64,000 nt of DNA, from positions 3,224,001 through 3,288,000 of the forward strand of contig CDPCPM010000077.1 in NCBI GenBank assembly GCA_976551045.1, read 5' to 3'. Made by a program: the position numbers and the translations under genes. Each line of letters starts with the position of its first letter. The first letter of the stretch is position 1. Positions 40,827 through 53,112 of the stretch are shown here, in pieces. The stretch is from Glaucostegus cemiculus (taxonomy: Eukaryota). The notes beneath the pieces are model-generated. The model ran no database searches. It saw nothing but the letters and a program-made list of their open reading frames with translations, and was not told the origin of the DNA.

Positions 40827-41148
40827 NNNNNNNNNNNNNNNNNNNNNNNNNNNNNNNNNNNNNNNNNNNNNNNNNNNNNNNNNNNNNNNNNNNNNNNNNN
40901 NNNNNNNNNNNNNNNNNNNNNNNNNNNNNNNNNNNNNNNNNNNNNNNNNNNNNNNNNNNNNNNNNNNNNNNNNNNNNNNNNNNNNNNNNNNNNNNNNNNN
41001 NNNNNNNNNNNNNNNNNNNNNNNNNNNNNNNNNNNNNNNNNNNNNNNNNNNNNNNNNNNNNNNNNNNNNNNNNNNNNNNNNNNNNNNNNNNNNNNNNNNN
41101 NNNNNNNNNNNNNNNNNNNNNNNNNNNNNNNNNNNNNNNNNNNNNNNN
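40827..41148. other. Assembly gap (322 N)
   Basis: Run of N. Confidence 1.
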
Positions 41149-43269
41149 TATCCAAGGCAGAAGACCAACATTCATGCAGGTACAATATCCATTAACCCCC
41201 AGCCAGGATATCAAAACAAGTTACTATAATTAGTAGTCGTAGTATGTTTGGATAAGGGAGGGAGGATGCATACTACTTAACTAAAAATCTGAAGATAGCA
41301 CGTGTGTAGTCTTGAGATGGAAGCAGACCTGTCAGCCTAAATGACTCCTAGTTGAAATGCATTGTGCTTCACATACATTGGCACCTGAGTCGTTCAAAAT
41401 TATAGCATCAGGAGTAATGAAATGTGATCTTACTGGCCGGTGTATTACTCCCAATGTGCAACAGTTCATTATAAATATGTGTTAGTTGTAACTTGGGTAT
41501 GGGTGGTTGAATTGTTTACATCATTTTTAGGTCTACCAATTGATTATCTCCCTTCTGTGCACTGTTTTAACAAGAGAATGATTCTCTGTTGTTTTGATGG
41601 GGGTGCAGCAAATGTTAAGATTCTGTTTGTCGGTTTTTGAGTTGCCAATCCCACTCTTCTCATATGTTCTCAGTACAGTTTTTGGAAGATAGGTTCTGAG
41701 ACTTAACCTTTCCAAGCTTCTAATGAACTGTACCTACTGCAAATTTAAACCAAAACCATAAATGCTGGAAATACTCAGCAGGTCAGCAGCATCTGTGGAA
41801 AGAGAAGTTTATTGACATAGATGGGCTGAGATGAGTAAAATGTCTGAGGGCACGGTAATATTCTTCACTCCATAGTAACAGTGCATTTTCAGAGGCTATT
41901 TTTTCTGATTTATATTGCCTTCAAAATCTTACTTCAAATGTTAGTTAGAAGTACATAGTGAATGGATGAATTCCAGCATATGGTTTTTTCAAACATTCAA
42001 ATATCAAATCTGGTGAAATGTATTTTGTCATTTCAGATAAATAATAGCTGGTGCTCAATGCAAGTTTATCAAAAATGTTGCTGATTGTTGAAGCTGATGA
42101 AACACCAGACTGAGGTTAAACCAGGATGGTTGCTGCAGTTGGACTGTTGGTGTGGTATATAGAGAAGGCAATGGTTGCCTATAATCCATTACAACACAGC
42201 AGTCATAGCCAGAGGTTAAGACGCTGTGATCAATCACATCAGAAGAGCTCTCGCTTACTGGTGTATCACTTACTTATTAAGTCACTACCTTGGAAAGCAA
42301 TACATAGCTCTGAGTGGTCTGAGGCAATCTTGCCTGACAAGGTGTAGAAGTAAGTATGCTCTCTCTGGAGAAAATACTTTCGTGGGTACAGTAATATTAA
42401 TGCCATAAAAGTAATGATGACCATGAAACTAACTATTAGATTCACGGATTCCTCGTTACCATGATTTCCCAGTCTGGTTTTTATGTGACTCCAGACCTGC
42501 CGATGTAGTTCACTCTTAATTACCACCTCATTTCAGGGATATTGGTGAAGGATAGTAAATGCTGGTCTTGCCAGTGACTTCCCATCCCTCGGTGTTAAAA
42601 ATTGTGATGTATTTGTAATTCACTGAAGTGTCTATAATTTAGAATATGAATGAGTGTGAATTCTAATTATTGTGACCCAGATTCTGTTACTATTTAAAGA
42701 TGAAAGTAATGGAACGTGGTACAGGAATGGATGTGCCACAGATCTGGTGTTTGGACTTGTGTGTGTGTGTGTAGTGTGGACCACAAAAGGTAGACAGGTA
42801 TATGAAGTGATTAAAATCTCCATTACCTCAAACTCACCTCGCAGTCTGGTGCTACATCAGCTTCAGATTAAAGTTAGCAACCCCTGCTCAGCAGTTCAAC
42901 AAGAAAATGTTGAGTAATAGATTTTGAGGCGGAAGAGAAGAACCTAGTTTAAAATGAAAGCAATGCATTACTGAAAATTGAGACACTGACAATGTACTCT
43001 ATCTTTTCATAAGCAAACCCATATGGTGAGACAAATTATTGCAACATTTCTGCCAAGTACATTTAGTCAGACTGTGAGAACTAACAAGCGATGTGCAATC
43101 TACCAAATGAGCCAACCCATGTTTTACACCTGAAATCAGATTGTGAAAGGCAGTCAAGAAAATAACCTTGCAGCACGCATATAATCTGACATATTTCCAT
43201 TTCTGTTTGAATGGTGGCTTGCTACCAAGAGTGCTATTAACTCTCTGTCTCCTACTTTTTCTCAGGAGA

Positions 43270-44920
43270 CCCATGTGATTGCACATGACTTGCTTCCACT
43301 GCAGTTCTGAGGTTGCTGTCAGACCTGCAGATACTGCCACAAGGAGAGGTGCTTGGCAGCCTTGAGGGTCGTGTACTCCTTAAACCATTTACACTAAGTT
43401 TCTGTGTGCTCCCAGTGCAGGATCTTGGGGTTCTTGATACCATCCAGAATGCTGCTTTTCCATTCACAGTGCACCTGGACTGGGAGTCCCATGAGTCTGT
43501 GGGAATGTTACACTTTTCCGAGGTTGCTTTTAGAGCATCCTTGAATCTTTTCTTCCGTCTGCCTGGTAATCTCTTGCTGTTACAGAGCTTGGAGTAGAAG
43601 GTCTCTTTCAGGGGTCAAGTGTTGGAAATCCAAGCAATATGGCAGGCCCTTTGGAACTGACGGAGTGTAATTAAGGCCTCAAAGCTGGGGATGTTGGTCT
43701 GGAAGAGGACACTGATGTTAGTTCAATCATCCTGATAATGGTTTTGGAAGATTTTGCAGAGATGGTGTTAATGGTATTTCTCCAGTGCTTTGAGGTGCCT
43801 GCTGTAAGTAGTCCATGTCTGAAGCACAAAGAAGGGGACAAACATCACTGCTGTCTGGTAGACCATAAGCATGGTCAAATACTGTGCTGCCTCATTAAAG
43901 GTGTTAGTAGATGCCTGTCTTTGCTGAGGAGGGTTTCCTGAACTATGTGATGTGGCCTTAATTTTCCATGGTCTCACTGTTAAGTTTTATAATCGTGGAG
44001 CAGTGGAGTGTACAGTGGAGGTGTGTTGGTAGTGACCTTGTTTCACAGATGTTAAGAGATTGGACTCTCATTTGCTTTGGGGAATGAGTCGACAGTGACT
44101 TGGAACTTGGCCACTGAAAGTTCATGTAGGCATACTACAGCTCGATGACTTAAGTTGGGGTGAGCTTAGTTGTGGAATGTAGGCAATGTTGGTTGAACAA
44201 TTTCCCACTTGTCCTACAGATTAGCTTCACTTCAGTAGGAAGCTTTTTGGAGTATTTGATGTCCTTAAGCCTATACTTGGTGGAGTTCAGAAGGATGAGG
44301 GGGGAATCTCATTGAAGCCTACCGGATACTGAAAGGCCTGGATAGAGTGGATGTGGAGAGGATGTTTCCATTAGTAGGAGAGTCTAGGATCCGAGGGCAC
44401 AGCCTCAGAATAAAGGGGCATCCCTTTAAAACTGAGATGAGGAGGAATTTCTTCAACCAGAGGGTGGTGAATATGTGGAATTCATTGTCATTGAGGGTTG
44501 AGGAGGCTCAGTCATTGGGTGTATTTAAGACAGAGGTTGATAGGTTCTTGATTGGTAAGGGGGTTAAAGGGTGATGGGGAGAATGGGGTTGAAAAAAAAG
44601 TCAGCCATAATTGAACGGTAGATCAGACGATGGGCTGAAAGGCCTAATTCTGCTCTTATGGTCTTATGGAGGTGAGGTACAGCAGTATGGCGAGAGAGGA
44701 GCTGAGCAATGATGGCAACTTTACTTGAGAACAGTCTGGACTGAGATTGGGTGAAGCGGCTGGAATTATTAAACAGCAGTGTGTGAAATCCACTAGAGGG
44801 CGCATGCATTAAGTGCAATTTGTGTGAAAGTTTTGCTGAAGTTAATAGATTCCCTCAATTTGCTGGAGGAATGTTCCTCAGTCATATTGTACCGGCAGAT
44901 TGCAAGGGAACTTCACTGCT
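43270..44920 (-). mobile_element. Decayed RTE-clade (BovB/Expander-like) LINE interrupted by a CR1
   Basis: Minus-strand ORF MVYQTAV...QTWTTYSRHLKALEKYH. Plus-strand gagcatccttgaatcttttcttccgtctgcc reads RRKKRFKDAL on the minus strand. RTE-like sequence appears to resume after 44668. Confidence 0.75.
44268..44668 (+). mobile_element. Young CR1 3' fragment
   Basis: ORF MDVERMFPLVGESRIRGHSLRIKGHPFKTEMRRNFFNQRVVNMWNSL...FKTEVDRFL; tail (cttatggt)n. Confidence 0.92.
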
Positions 44921-44963
44921 GTTAAATTTATTTTGATTGGTTAGAACAATTTCTGTAACTTAA

Positions 44964-45252
44964 GGGTAGGCACGGTAGTGTAGCGGTTAGTGTAATGCTT
45001 TACAATGCCAGCGACCCGGGTTCAATTCCCGCCACTGTCTGTAAGGAGTTTGTACATTCTCCCTGTGTCTGCGTGGGTTTCCTCTGGGTGCTCCGGTCCC
45101 CTCCCACAATCCAAAGAAGTACAGGTTAGGAAGTTATGGGCATGCTATGTTGGTGCTGGAAGTGTGGCAACAGTTGCGGGCTGCCCCCAGAACACTACGC
45201 AAAAGATGCATTTCACTGTGTCGTTTCGATGTACATGTGACTAATAAAGATC
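44964..45252 (+). mobile_element. V-SINE with a non-CR1 (Rex1-like) tail
   Basis: tRNA head (ggtagtgtagcgg...ggttcaattcc) and V-domain, then a tail atttcactgtgt...gtacatgtgactaataaa. Flanked by cttaag on both sides. Confidence 0.8.
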
Positions 45253-45384
45253 TTAAGAACAAAATGTTGCTATGTTCACTTGGCAGATTGCAAATGGTTT
45301 GGATGGTTCCATCTGGCAATGTGCATGTGACAGAAATATTCCACTGCTCCCATTAAAGAACAAAACTAAAGGGCAGTCAAGCTG

Positions 45385-47825
45385 CTGGCTGTGTGCTATA
45401 GACCCCAAACAGTGCAAAGGAGGTAGAAGATCAAATTTGTAGGCAAAATTTCTGACAAGTGCAAATCAAGAGGATGCTTATAATGGGAGATTTCAATCAC
45501 CCTGGTATTAACTGGGAATCAATCAGAGTGAAAGACACAGAAATAATACAGTGCATTTGGAGAAACTTTGAGCCAGTTTGTAGTAAACCCAACAAGATGG
45601 ACAAGGTAATCCTGGATTTAGCATCAATAGGAGAAGCAGTTTTGTAGCGGTTTTCATATTTGTTTGGAGTTAGTACAGTTGTGGAAAAGCACAAAGATTT
45701 AATCAAAAATGGTGTGAGTGTTCTAAATTGCGATAGGGCAAATTTTCACCGGACTGGGATACCACTTAGAAAAAATGGACTGGGAGCAGCTTCTAGGTAG
45801 TAGAGTGCATTTGGGAAGGAGAGTCAAAGAGTTCAGTTAAATATGTTCCCACAGAGAAGGAACGAAATTGTCAGATTTATGGCTCCAAGGATGACGAGGT
45901 GGATGGAGAGTAAGTTAAAGGAAAAAGAGGAAACTTAGACTTTGAGAGTTTAATATTTCAGAAAGGCAAGAAAAATATAGACAGTATAGGAATAAAATTA
46001 AAAGAGAAGTTTGAAAAGTGAAGAGCGGATGTGAAAAATATTGGTAAATAAAATGCCGAGTTATTTTATAAGTAGACGAAGTATGTGGCTAATTAATGAA
46101 ATCTTCTTGGTCCGTAAGGGTAACCAGTGTCTGATGGTAAAGGATGGGGGTAAGTTTTTTGATGAATAATTTGTGGCTGTCTTCACAAAAGAGCTGATGT
46201 TTTGGTTAAGCAGGAAGAGTATGAAATATTGGATGGGATATAAATAGTAAAGGAAGAGATATTAGGGATTTGTATCTCTTTGAAAGTCGATAAGTCAACA
46301 AGTCTAGACGATATATATTCCAGGTCATTAAAAAAGTGCAAGGGAAGAAATTTTGGAGGTTCTGGCCTTCAATGTTCAGTCCTCTGTGGCTATAGAAGTG
46401 GTGCCAAATGAGTGAAGAACTATGAATATGATACCATAGTTTAAAGCAAGAGTGGGGAGGATTAAGGCCAGTTAATTGAACTTAACTGGTGGGGAAATTA
46501 TGGAATCATTCTGAGGAATAGAATGAGCCTTCATTCAGAAAGGTGCAGATGAATAGGGAAATGTCAACGTAGATTTAATAGAAGAGTGTGCCTGACAAAC
46601 TTGATAGAATTTTTATTTTGAGGAGATGACAAGGAGAGTCAATGAAGACAATGTGTACTCCATCAAATGCACTGATTTCAGCAAGGCTTTCAACAAAGTC
46701 CAGGCAGGTTGGAAAAGGTAAATCACCATGGTATCCAAGGGAGAGTGGCAAAATTGATTCAAAAGTGGCTCGAAGGAAAGTGTAATGATTAACATGTGGT
46801 TTTGCATCTGAAAGGCTTTTAAAAGCAGGGTTCCACAGAGCTCAGTACTTGGTCCCTTGCTGTTTCTAATAAGAATTAATGGTTTAACTAGAGAGGGCAC
46901 GATAACAAAATTTGCACATGGTGCAAAAATTTGGCGGCACAGTTGACAGCAAAGGAGAAAGTTTTGGATTACAAGAGCATATCAATGGATGGGTTCAATC
47001 GATTAGAAAAGTTGTAAGTGGGACTTATTCTGGAGAAGTGTGAGTTAGAGAGAATTTAGTGAGGTTCAACAATGCAAGGGCATGCAAAATAAATGGGAGT
47101 ATACTGAGAGGTGTGCAAGAACAGAGCAATCTTGACATATATATGCACATATCCTTAATGGTAACAACACATTGATAAGGGGGGGGGGTTAAGATGCATA
47201 TGGGATGATTTCCTTTATTAGTTGAGGCATACACTGTACGAGCAAGGAACTGGTAATAGGACATGTTAGGCCACTGCATGAGCACCACATACAGTTCTGG
47301 TCATCGTATTACAAATAGATTAATGAAGATGTTGCCAGAACTGGAAAATTGTGGTGGTGAAGAAGCATTGATTTCGCTGGTGTTGTTTTCTTTGTAATGA
47401 ATTGATCTGTAGGAACGGTATACTTTGGTACAAGTGACAATAATAAACCCATTCCAGTTCCAATTTAATTGAGGTATTTAACATTAGGAGATTCTTAGAG
47501 TGAATCGAAAGTATCTATTTCCCTCAGCAAAGGAGTCAAAAACAAAGGGACGTAGAGTTATAGTAATTTGGTGGGGGGGGGGGGGGAATGAGAAGAAAAT
47601 CTTTACTCTCAGAAGCTGATTGGAGTTGGAACTTGTTGTGTGGCAGCATGGTAGATGCAGTAACCCTCCCAGCATGTAAAATGTACTTGGATATGTTCTT
47701 GAAGAACAATAACCTATAGGGTTATGCGCCATGTGCTGGACTGCGGAATTAAGCTGTGGCTCTCTTTGGAACACCAGGGACCTCATGGCCTTCTCCTTTC
47801 CTGTAGACTTCCTATATTCCTATGA
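45385..47825 (+). mobile_element. Long decayed CR1 ORF2 (endonuclease, RT and 3' end) with many stops and frameshifts
   Basis: YRP (tatagaccc), LIMGDFNHPGINW, DFSKAFNKV (gatttcagcaaggctttcaacaaagtc), VPQSSVLGPLLFLI and KFAHGAKI motifs in the expected order. Confidence 0.88.
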
Positions 47826-48279
47826 ATCTGTTTATCCATGTTGGCTTGTTTATCATGTGTTAGGAGGGGACTGTTGGTATCTCAATTCAGTGTTACATTG
47901 CAGCTTTGTTTTTTTTTCCTCTAAATACATCATTAAGGCATATTTTGTCTTGTGCTGCATCAGGCTACCAGTTTATATGCAAAGCTATGATCCTTTTGCT
48001 ATTGTTCAAGGATATGTTGAGAATATAAAAAAGGCTTGAGGATTGCAGTGAAAAATCTGCCATAGTCTTTACACAATGTTCGTATTGCCTTGTATTAAAG
48101 CATGTTTGAGCTAAGGTTGCACCATTGAGGACAGACTCAGTGCAAGCTTCTGCTAACAAAACTACCTGTTTAACTGAATGGAAATACACCAAGTCTCTAC
48201 CCCTGCACTCTTGCCCAAGCCATGTCCCTTTAACCCATCAACAGTGTACTCACTAACCTTTGAATATTTATGCTTCACC

Positions 48280-48680
48280 AGTACCTCAAATTTAAAATTC
48301 TCATTCTTGTATTTAAATCCTTCCAGTCCTCTGTTCTAGTATCTTATAACCTCTTTCAGAACGAGAGTCTTCCACGAATTCTGCCTTCTTCCAACACTAG
48401 ATTTTATTTGTTCCCATTCCTTTTGCCTTTACATTGACGATGGCTTCTCCAGTTTGTCTGGATCACAAGCTGTGGTGTTCCGCACATAAATCTTGACAGC
48501 TGCCCACCTCCGGCTCCTCCTTTTAAGATCCTCCTTAAATTCAACCTCTTTGGCCAAGCTTTACATCATTCATCCTAACACCTCCTTTGGTTGTGTCACT
48601 TCTTGTTTGATTACTCCCTCCTGAAGTACCTTGAGATGTTTTCTTAAGTTAAGGGTGCTTTATAAATATAAATTGACGTT
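48280..48680 (+). mobile_element. L2 LINE 3' fragment
   Basis: tttaaaattctcattcttgtatttaaatcc (FKILILVFKS); ctccttttaagatcctccttaaa; tail gggtgctttataaatataaattg. Confidence 0.7.
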
Positions 48681-51600
48681 GAAGAGAAAAGGGATAGGTG
48701 CAATTAATCTGGGGAAAAATAGACCAGCAATTTCAGTCTAATACCCTTCTTCTGTACTAAAATTCTCAGATTCTTATTGCGATGGAATATATCACAGGCC
48801 ACATCTCCATTAGCTGATGTCAACCATCAAAATTGTTTGAAAGACTATTGAGCTTAACCAGGAAAACTCATGTAATTTAATCAGCTTAATGAAAATGGAT
48901 AAAAGCACAGCGTTTCATACTGGCACGTAAGGTTTTAAACTGCAGAACAGTTCTCATGGAGGCTGATTTCTGATCACAGTTGAAAAACAGCCAGATGTCA
49001 CTGAATGTTGATAACTAAACATTTAAAGAAGCAATAGCAAGCTGTTCCATTCAGTGCAAAATTCAGGGAGCCAATATGGAGAAACCTTTAAAACTGTTGG
49101 CCTCTTTTGAATTGTAAAGAAATGTAGCTGCTCCATCCAATCCCATGTTACCAGCGTTTGCTTTGTTGCAAGTACCTTTCCCTGGCTTCCTGTGACTTTT
49201 GTCTATCTAATTAAATTTACACATCGCTAGTTCCTGTTTGATGCCTAATAGCAGTGATGAATAGCGTCTTTTTGGAGGCTGACAGTAACAGATACCTGAC
49301 ATTTTTCACTCTGTCACAGCTCCCTGCTTCTCCAAGCACTTCTGACCCTATTGTTTTGGGGGTAATTACCATGTTGTACTTCATCATGCTCCCAGACATA
49401 AATGACAGCGCCCCTGTGAAACAAATGAGCGAAGGTCGGACAGAGCAGCTACCTACTCGCCAGCTCCCAATTACAGGTTACCACATGCTAAAGTGGCTCA
49501 GAATGGCAGGCAGTAACACACTTCCCAAGTCTCAATTAATCATGGAAACCATATGGAGTTGCAGCCACTGTTTGTAACATCAGTAAAGTAAAGCTGACAC
49601 TTCCACTCTGGATCATTAAGCTCGGCTGCTAGCACCAATGTTAGGCCAAAATCTTGCGTAAAATCAGAGAACAAAAGGTCTATTTTTACTAATTTGAAAA
49701 GAATCCGGTGAAGAGTTTAATTCTTCCAATGTAGATTTAACCCAGGTTTATGTCGTGTGATATTGAGCAAAGATCTGTGACTGTCAATATTACATTTATG
49801 CTGCATTTTAAAACAAAAACAACCTACATTGTCTCTTGGCAAATCTACAGAAGGACCCTCAGCCTAGACTGATTTCACCCAACAATGTGGTAATATCAAT
49901 AACGTTTCCATGGCACAATAATTACCAGTGGGTTTAAATGCCTGTTGGGTAAATAGAGGTACGAAAACTTTAAACCAGATTTTAATTAATTAGAGTCAAG
50001 CTCATGAAAGTTGAGGTGGATGCGGTGAACTCTGCTTTGGAGGCTCAGAAGGTTTTCATTCTCTAACTTGATCGGCACAGACATAATCTCCTGGTGGGAA
50101 AATCCAGTTTTTTGAATGTAGGATTTTGGGTTGCTTGAGGATAATGTGATTACCTGAAGGAACAGCCCCCAGCAGTCAGGTAAAAGTTCAGGCATAAGGT
50201 CACGAAAACTTCCTGGTTCAAAGGTGAGTTGGGGGAGGGGTGGTGGTAGTGGTGATGGTAGTTGGGACACAGCAGACCTTAGCTTTCCTTGTGTAGCCTG
50301 GAGGATTGGATTAAAATTGTAAACGAGGCCTAATGACATCATTGAAGCATGACAGGCGTATTTAAAGCAGACCTCTGCTTGCCAACGGTTGTGCCACATA
50401 CCTGCTCAAAAGAGGAAGCTAAAATTATAATCTCTGCAAAGGCAGCAGAATGAAGAAAGTGATAAATAAAAATATTTTAACTGCCGGCCTTTGTGCGGAG
50501 TTAAAGTTGCACCTTTAGTGAGTAAATGCACCATTCATCATTACACTACACTGAAGATACTAAATGTGAACTGCTGTTGATATTAAGCCAAAGACCAGAA
50601 AGTCCCGGCTTTGTTCCTTAGTCTGTTTTGTGCTGACATTACTCAATTAAGGCAACAATGCCGGAGCTGTGATACGTCTCAACATTTCTTGGCTGGAGAG
50701 TGAAGTTAAGTTGACCAGCAGTCCTGTTCACGATTGTTACCAAGTGCTTGGTGCTGAAAAATATGCATGTGAGGGATTCGTGGCCTTGGTTGTGACATCA
50801 CCTGCAATCGACTGGCTTGTTGACCTTCACTGGCCAGGATGACACGTGAAAAATCTTCTCTGGGGCAAGGGGCCAGAGGCCTGCCAGTGTTCACAGCCAG
50901 CCCTTTCGGGGGAGATGAGGAGAAAATGTTATATAATAAAAAAGCAGAACTGTGTAGGTGCTAGTGAAATATTCATGAACCCAGAAGCTCAACAGTATAA
51001 ACTGATCGTGATAGATCTGTTTGCCATCTCTTGATGACCAGTCAGAGCAGCAGTAGTGAAGGTCAATCGAGCAGGTCACTGTTCTTTCTTGGTCCAGTTA
51101 GTCTATAGTCTGCAGTGACCAGAGGAATGCTCTCACCCAACTTCTGTTTTGCAAAGTATGGAGAAATTTTCAAGTCCTGTTACAAACATTGTTATTGCCT
51201 TTGACAGCGACCATACTTTCAAAATATTCGTTTGACTACAAAACATTTGAAGACATCCTGAGAAGTGCTTTATAGATGCAAATCTTTTTTACTTCATACC
51301 TAAACATTTTATTTGTTCATTTACCATTGCTGTTTAAATTTGCTCTTCTATATTATGCCTATTAAATCAAGTTTTGGCTAAAGTGACATTTGCCCAGATT
51401 TGGCTTCTAAACTTGTTGATGAATAGAACTGAAGATCACAAACATAAGACATTTAGGACAATAATTTTTTTTGAAATCTCACACTGGAAGGTAACATTTT
51501 CAATGTATATATGATGCTGGATGTTTGTTTAAGATAAAATGGGAATTTACTTTACATGGTAACACATCTGACATGCCAAGATCATCTCTAAGCACAACAT

Positions 51601-51856
51601 TGTTTTCCTTTGTATAATGACCTCAGCCATGAAGCTGTGTTGAAGCCAGTATTGCATTCCCAGACAACTGCTGTTTTGAACAACAGATTCAGATTGGTAC
51701 CATTTTTATAGTTGATAAAGTTAGCTCCAGCTGAATTTTATAATTTTCATTCTTGGCACCTACTCAAGGCTTTTGATTTCAACTTCCCTTGCCAATGTGT
51801 TTTGTGCTTACTGCAGGTGCATTTTATTCTGGATTCTTATCCAAACGTTAACAGTT

Positions 51857-52335
51857 GAAAGAAGAAAGAAAGCTTTGTATTTACATAGCATGTTTCATGT
51901 CCCTTTTAAGTCACCTCAGTCCACTTTACAGTCAGTAATGTATCCTTGAAGTCATTGTTGTATACAGGACCCATGACGGTTAATCTCCTCACATTAAACT
52001 CCCACAAACAGCAATATGATGATGTCCAAGTCAGACCTTCCTTTGAAGTGTCACCTGAAAGACAGGACAGCATTGGGGTATCAGGCTAGACATTTGAGAT
52101 CAAATTTTTGGATTGGGATTTGAACCCAAAACTTAAAATAATAACAAAATATGCTGAAAATACACAGCATCAGGCTGCATCTGTGGAAGAGAAGCAGAGT
52201 TAAAATTTCAATGACCTGAGTATTTCCAGCATTTTCTGTTAGATTTTCAGCATCTGCAGGTTGCTTTTTCATTTACATGAACTTAAAATCTGATTCAAAG
52301 GCAAGAATGCTACCAAATGACCCACAAGCTGAAGC
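51857..52335 (-). mobile_element. DeuSINE split by a short Penelope-derived fold-back insertion (52140-52279)
   Basis: aaactcccacaaacagcaat and gggatttgaaccc (reverse-complemented B-box). The SINE head resumes after a perfect 10-bp duplication aacttaaaat (52130-52139 and 52280-52289). Confidence 0.7.
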
Positions 52336-52502
52336 CATATTGTAAGTTACAACACATGTTACTTGTTGAACAAGTTACAATGCATACATAGTTTCAGTCA
52401 AATGGAGACACCAGAGACTGCAGATGCTGGAAATCTGGAGCAACACACACGAAATGCTGGAGGACCTCAACAGGTCTGGCAGTATCTGTGGCGGGAAATA
52501 AA

Positions 52503-52540
52503 CAGTCAACATTTTGGGCTGAGACCCTTCATCAGGACTG
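52503..52540 (-). ncRNA. Degenerate minimal type I hammerhead ribozyme
   Basis: Minus strand reads CAGTC CTGATGA A GGGTCTCAGCCC aAAA tGT t GACTG. Stem I, CUGAUGA and stem II are intact; GAAA is mutated to AAAA. Confidence 0.7.
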
Positions 52541-53074
52541 GAAAGAGGCAGAAGCCAGAATAAAAGGGGTGGAGGGAGGGGGAGGGACACAAGTTGGTGG
52601 GTGATGGGTGAATCCGGGTGAGGGGGGAATGGAAATTATGTGAGAAGCTGGGAGGAGCTAGGTAGAAGAGGCAAAGGGCTGAAGAAAATGGAATCTGATA
52701 TGAGAGGACGGTGGACCTTGGAATAAAGGGAAGGAGGTGGGGAACCAAAGGGAGGAAGGTGTGGGTGATGGGCAGGTCCTGAGGGTGGGGGAGGGTTGAG
52801 AAAGTCCCTCCCTACCCTCCTCCCTGGCTCCATTATGCCCTCCATTTATTCTATGGTGCACTAATCTCTCCTATCAGATTCCATCTTCAGCCCTTTGTCT
52901 CTTCCACCTATCACCCCCACCACCCCCACCCCCCCCCCAGCTCTCGTATCATTCCCACATCTCACCGCCCCCCCCCACCATCTGGATTCACCTGTCACCC
53001 TCCAGTTCGTGCTCCTCCCCCTTCCCCTCCCCGTCCCCACACCCTTTTATTCTGGCTTCTGCCCTCTTTCTTTC

Positions 53075-53112
53075 CAGTCGTGATGAAGGGTCTCGGCCCG
53101 AAACATTGACTG
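53075..53112 (+). ncRNA. Degenerate minimal type I hammerhead ribozyme
   Basis: CAGTC gTGATGA A GGGTCTCGGCCC GAAA CaT t GACTG. GAAA and stems I and II are intact; C3 and stem III are mutated. Confidence 0.7.

Noticed and set aside
40711-41233. Six long ORFs across 40.7-41.2 kb
   Set aside because: Artefacts of translating through the N gap.
52560-52800. G-run-rich stretch with G-quadruplex potential
   Set aside because: It is intrinsic to the Penelope pseudo-LTR arm and not an independent feature.
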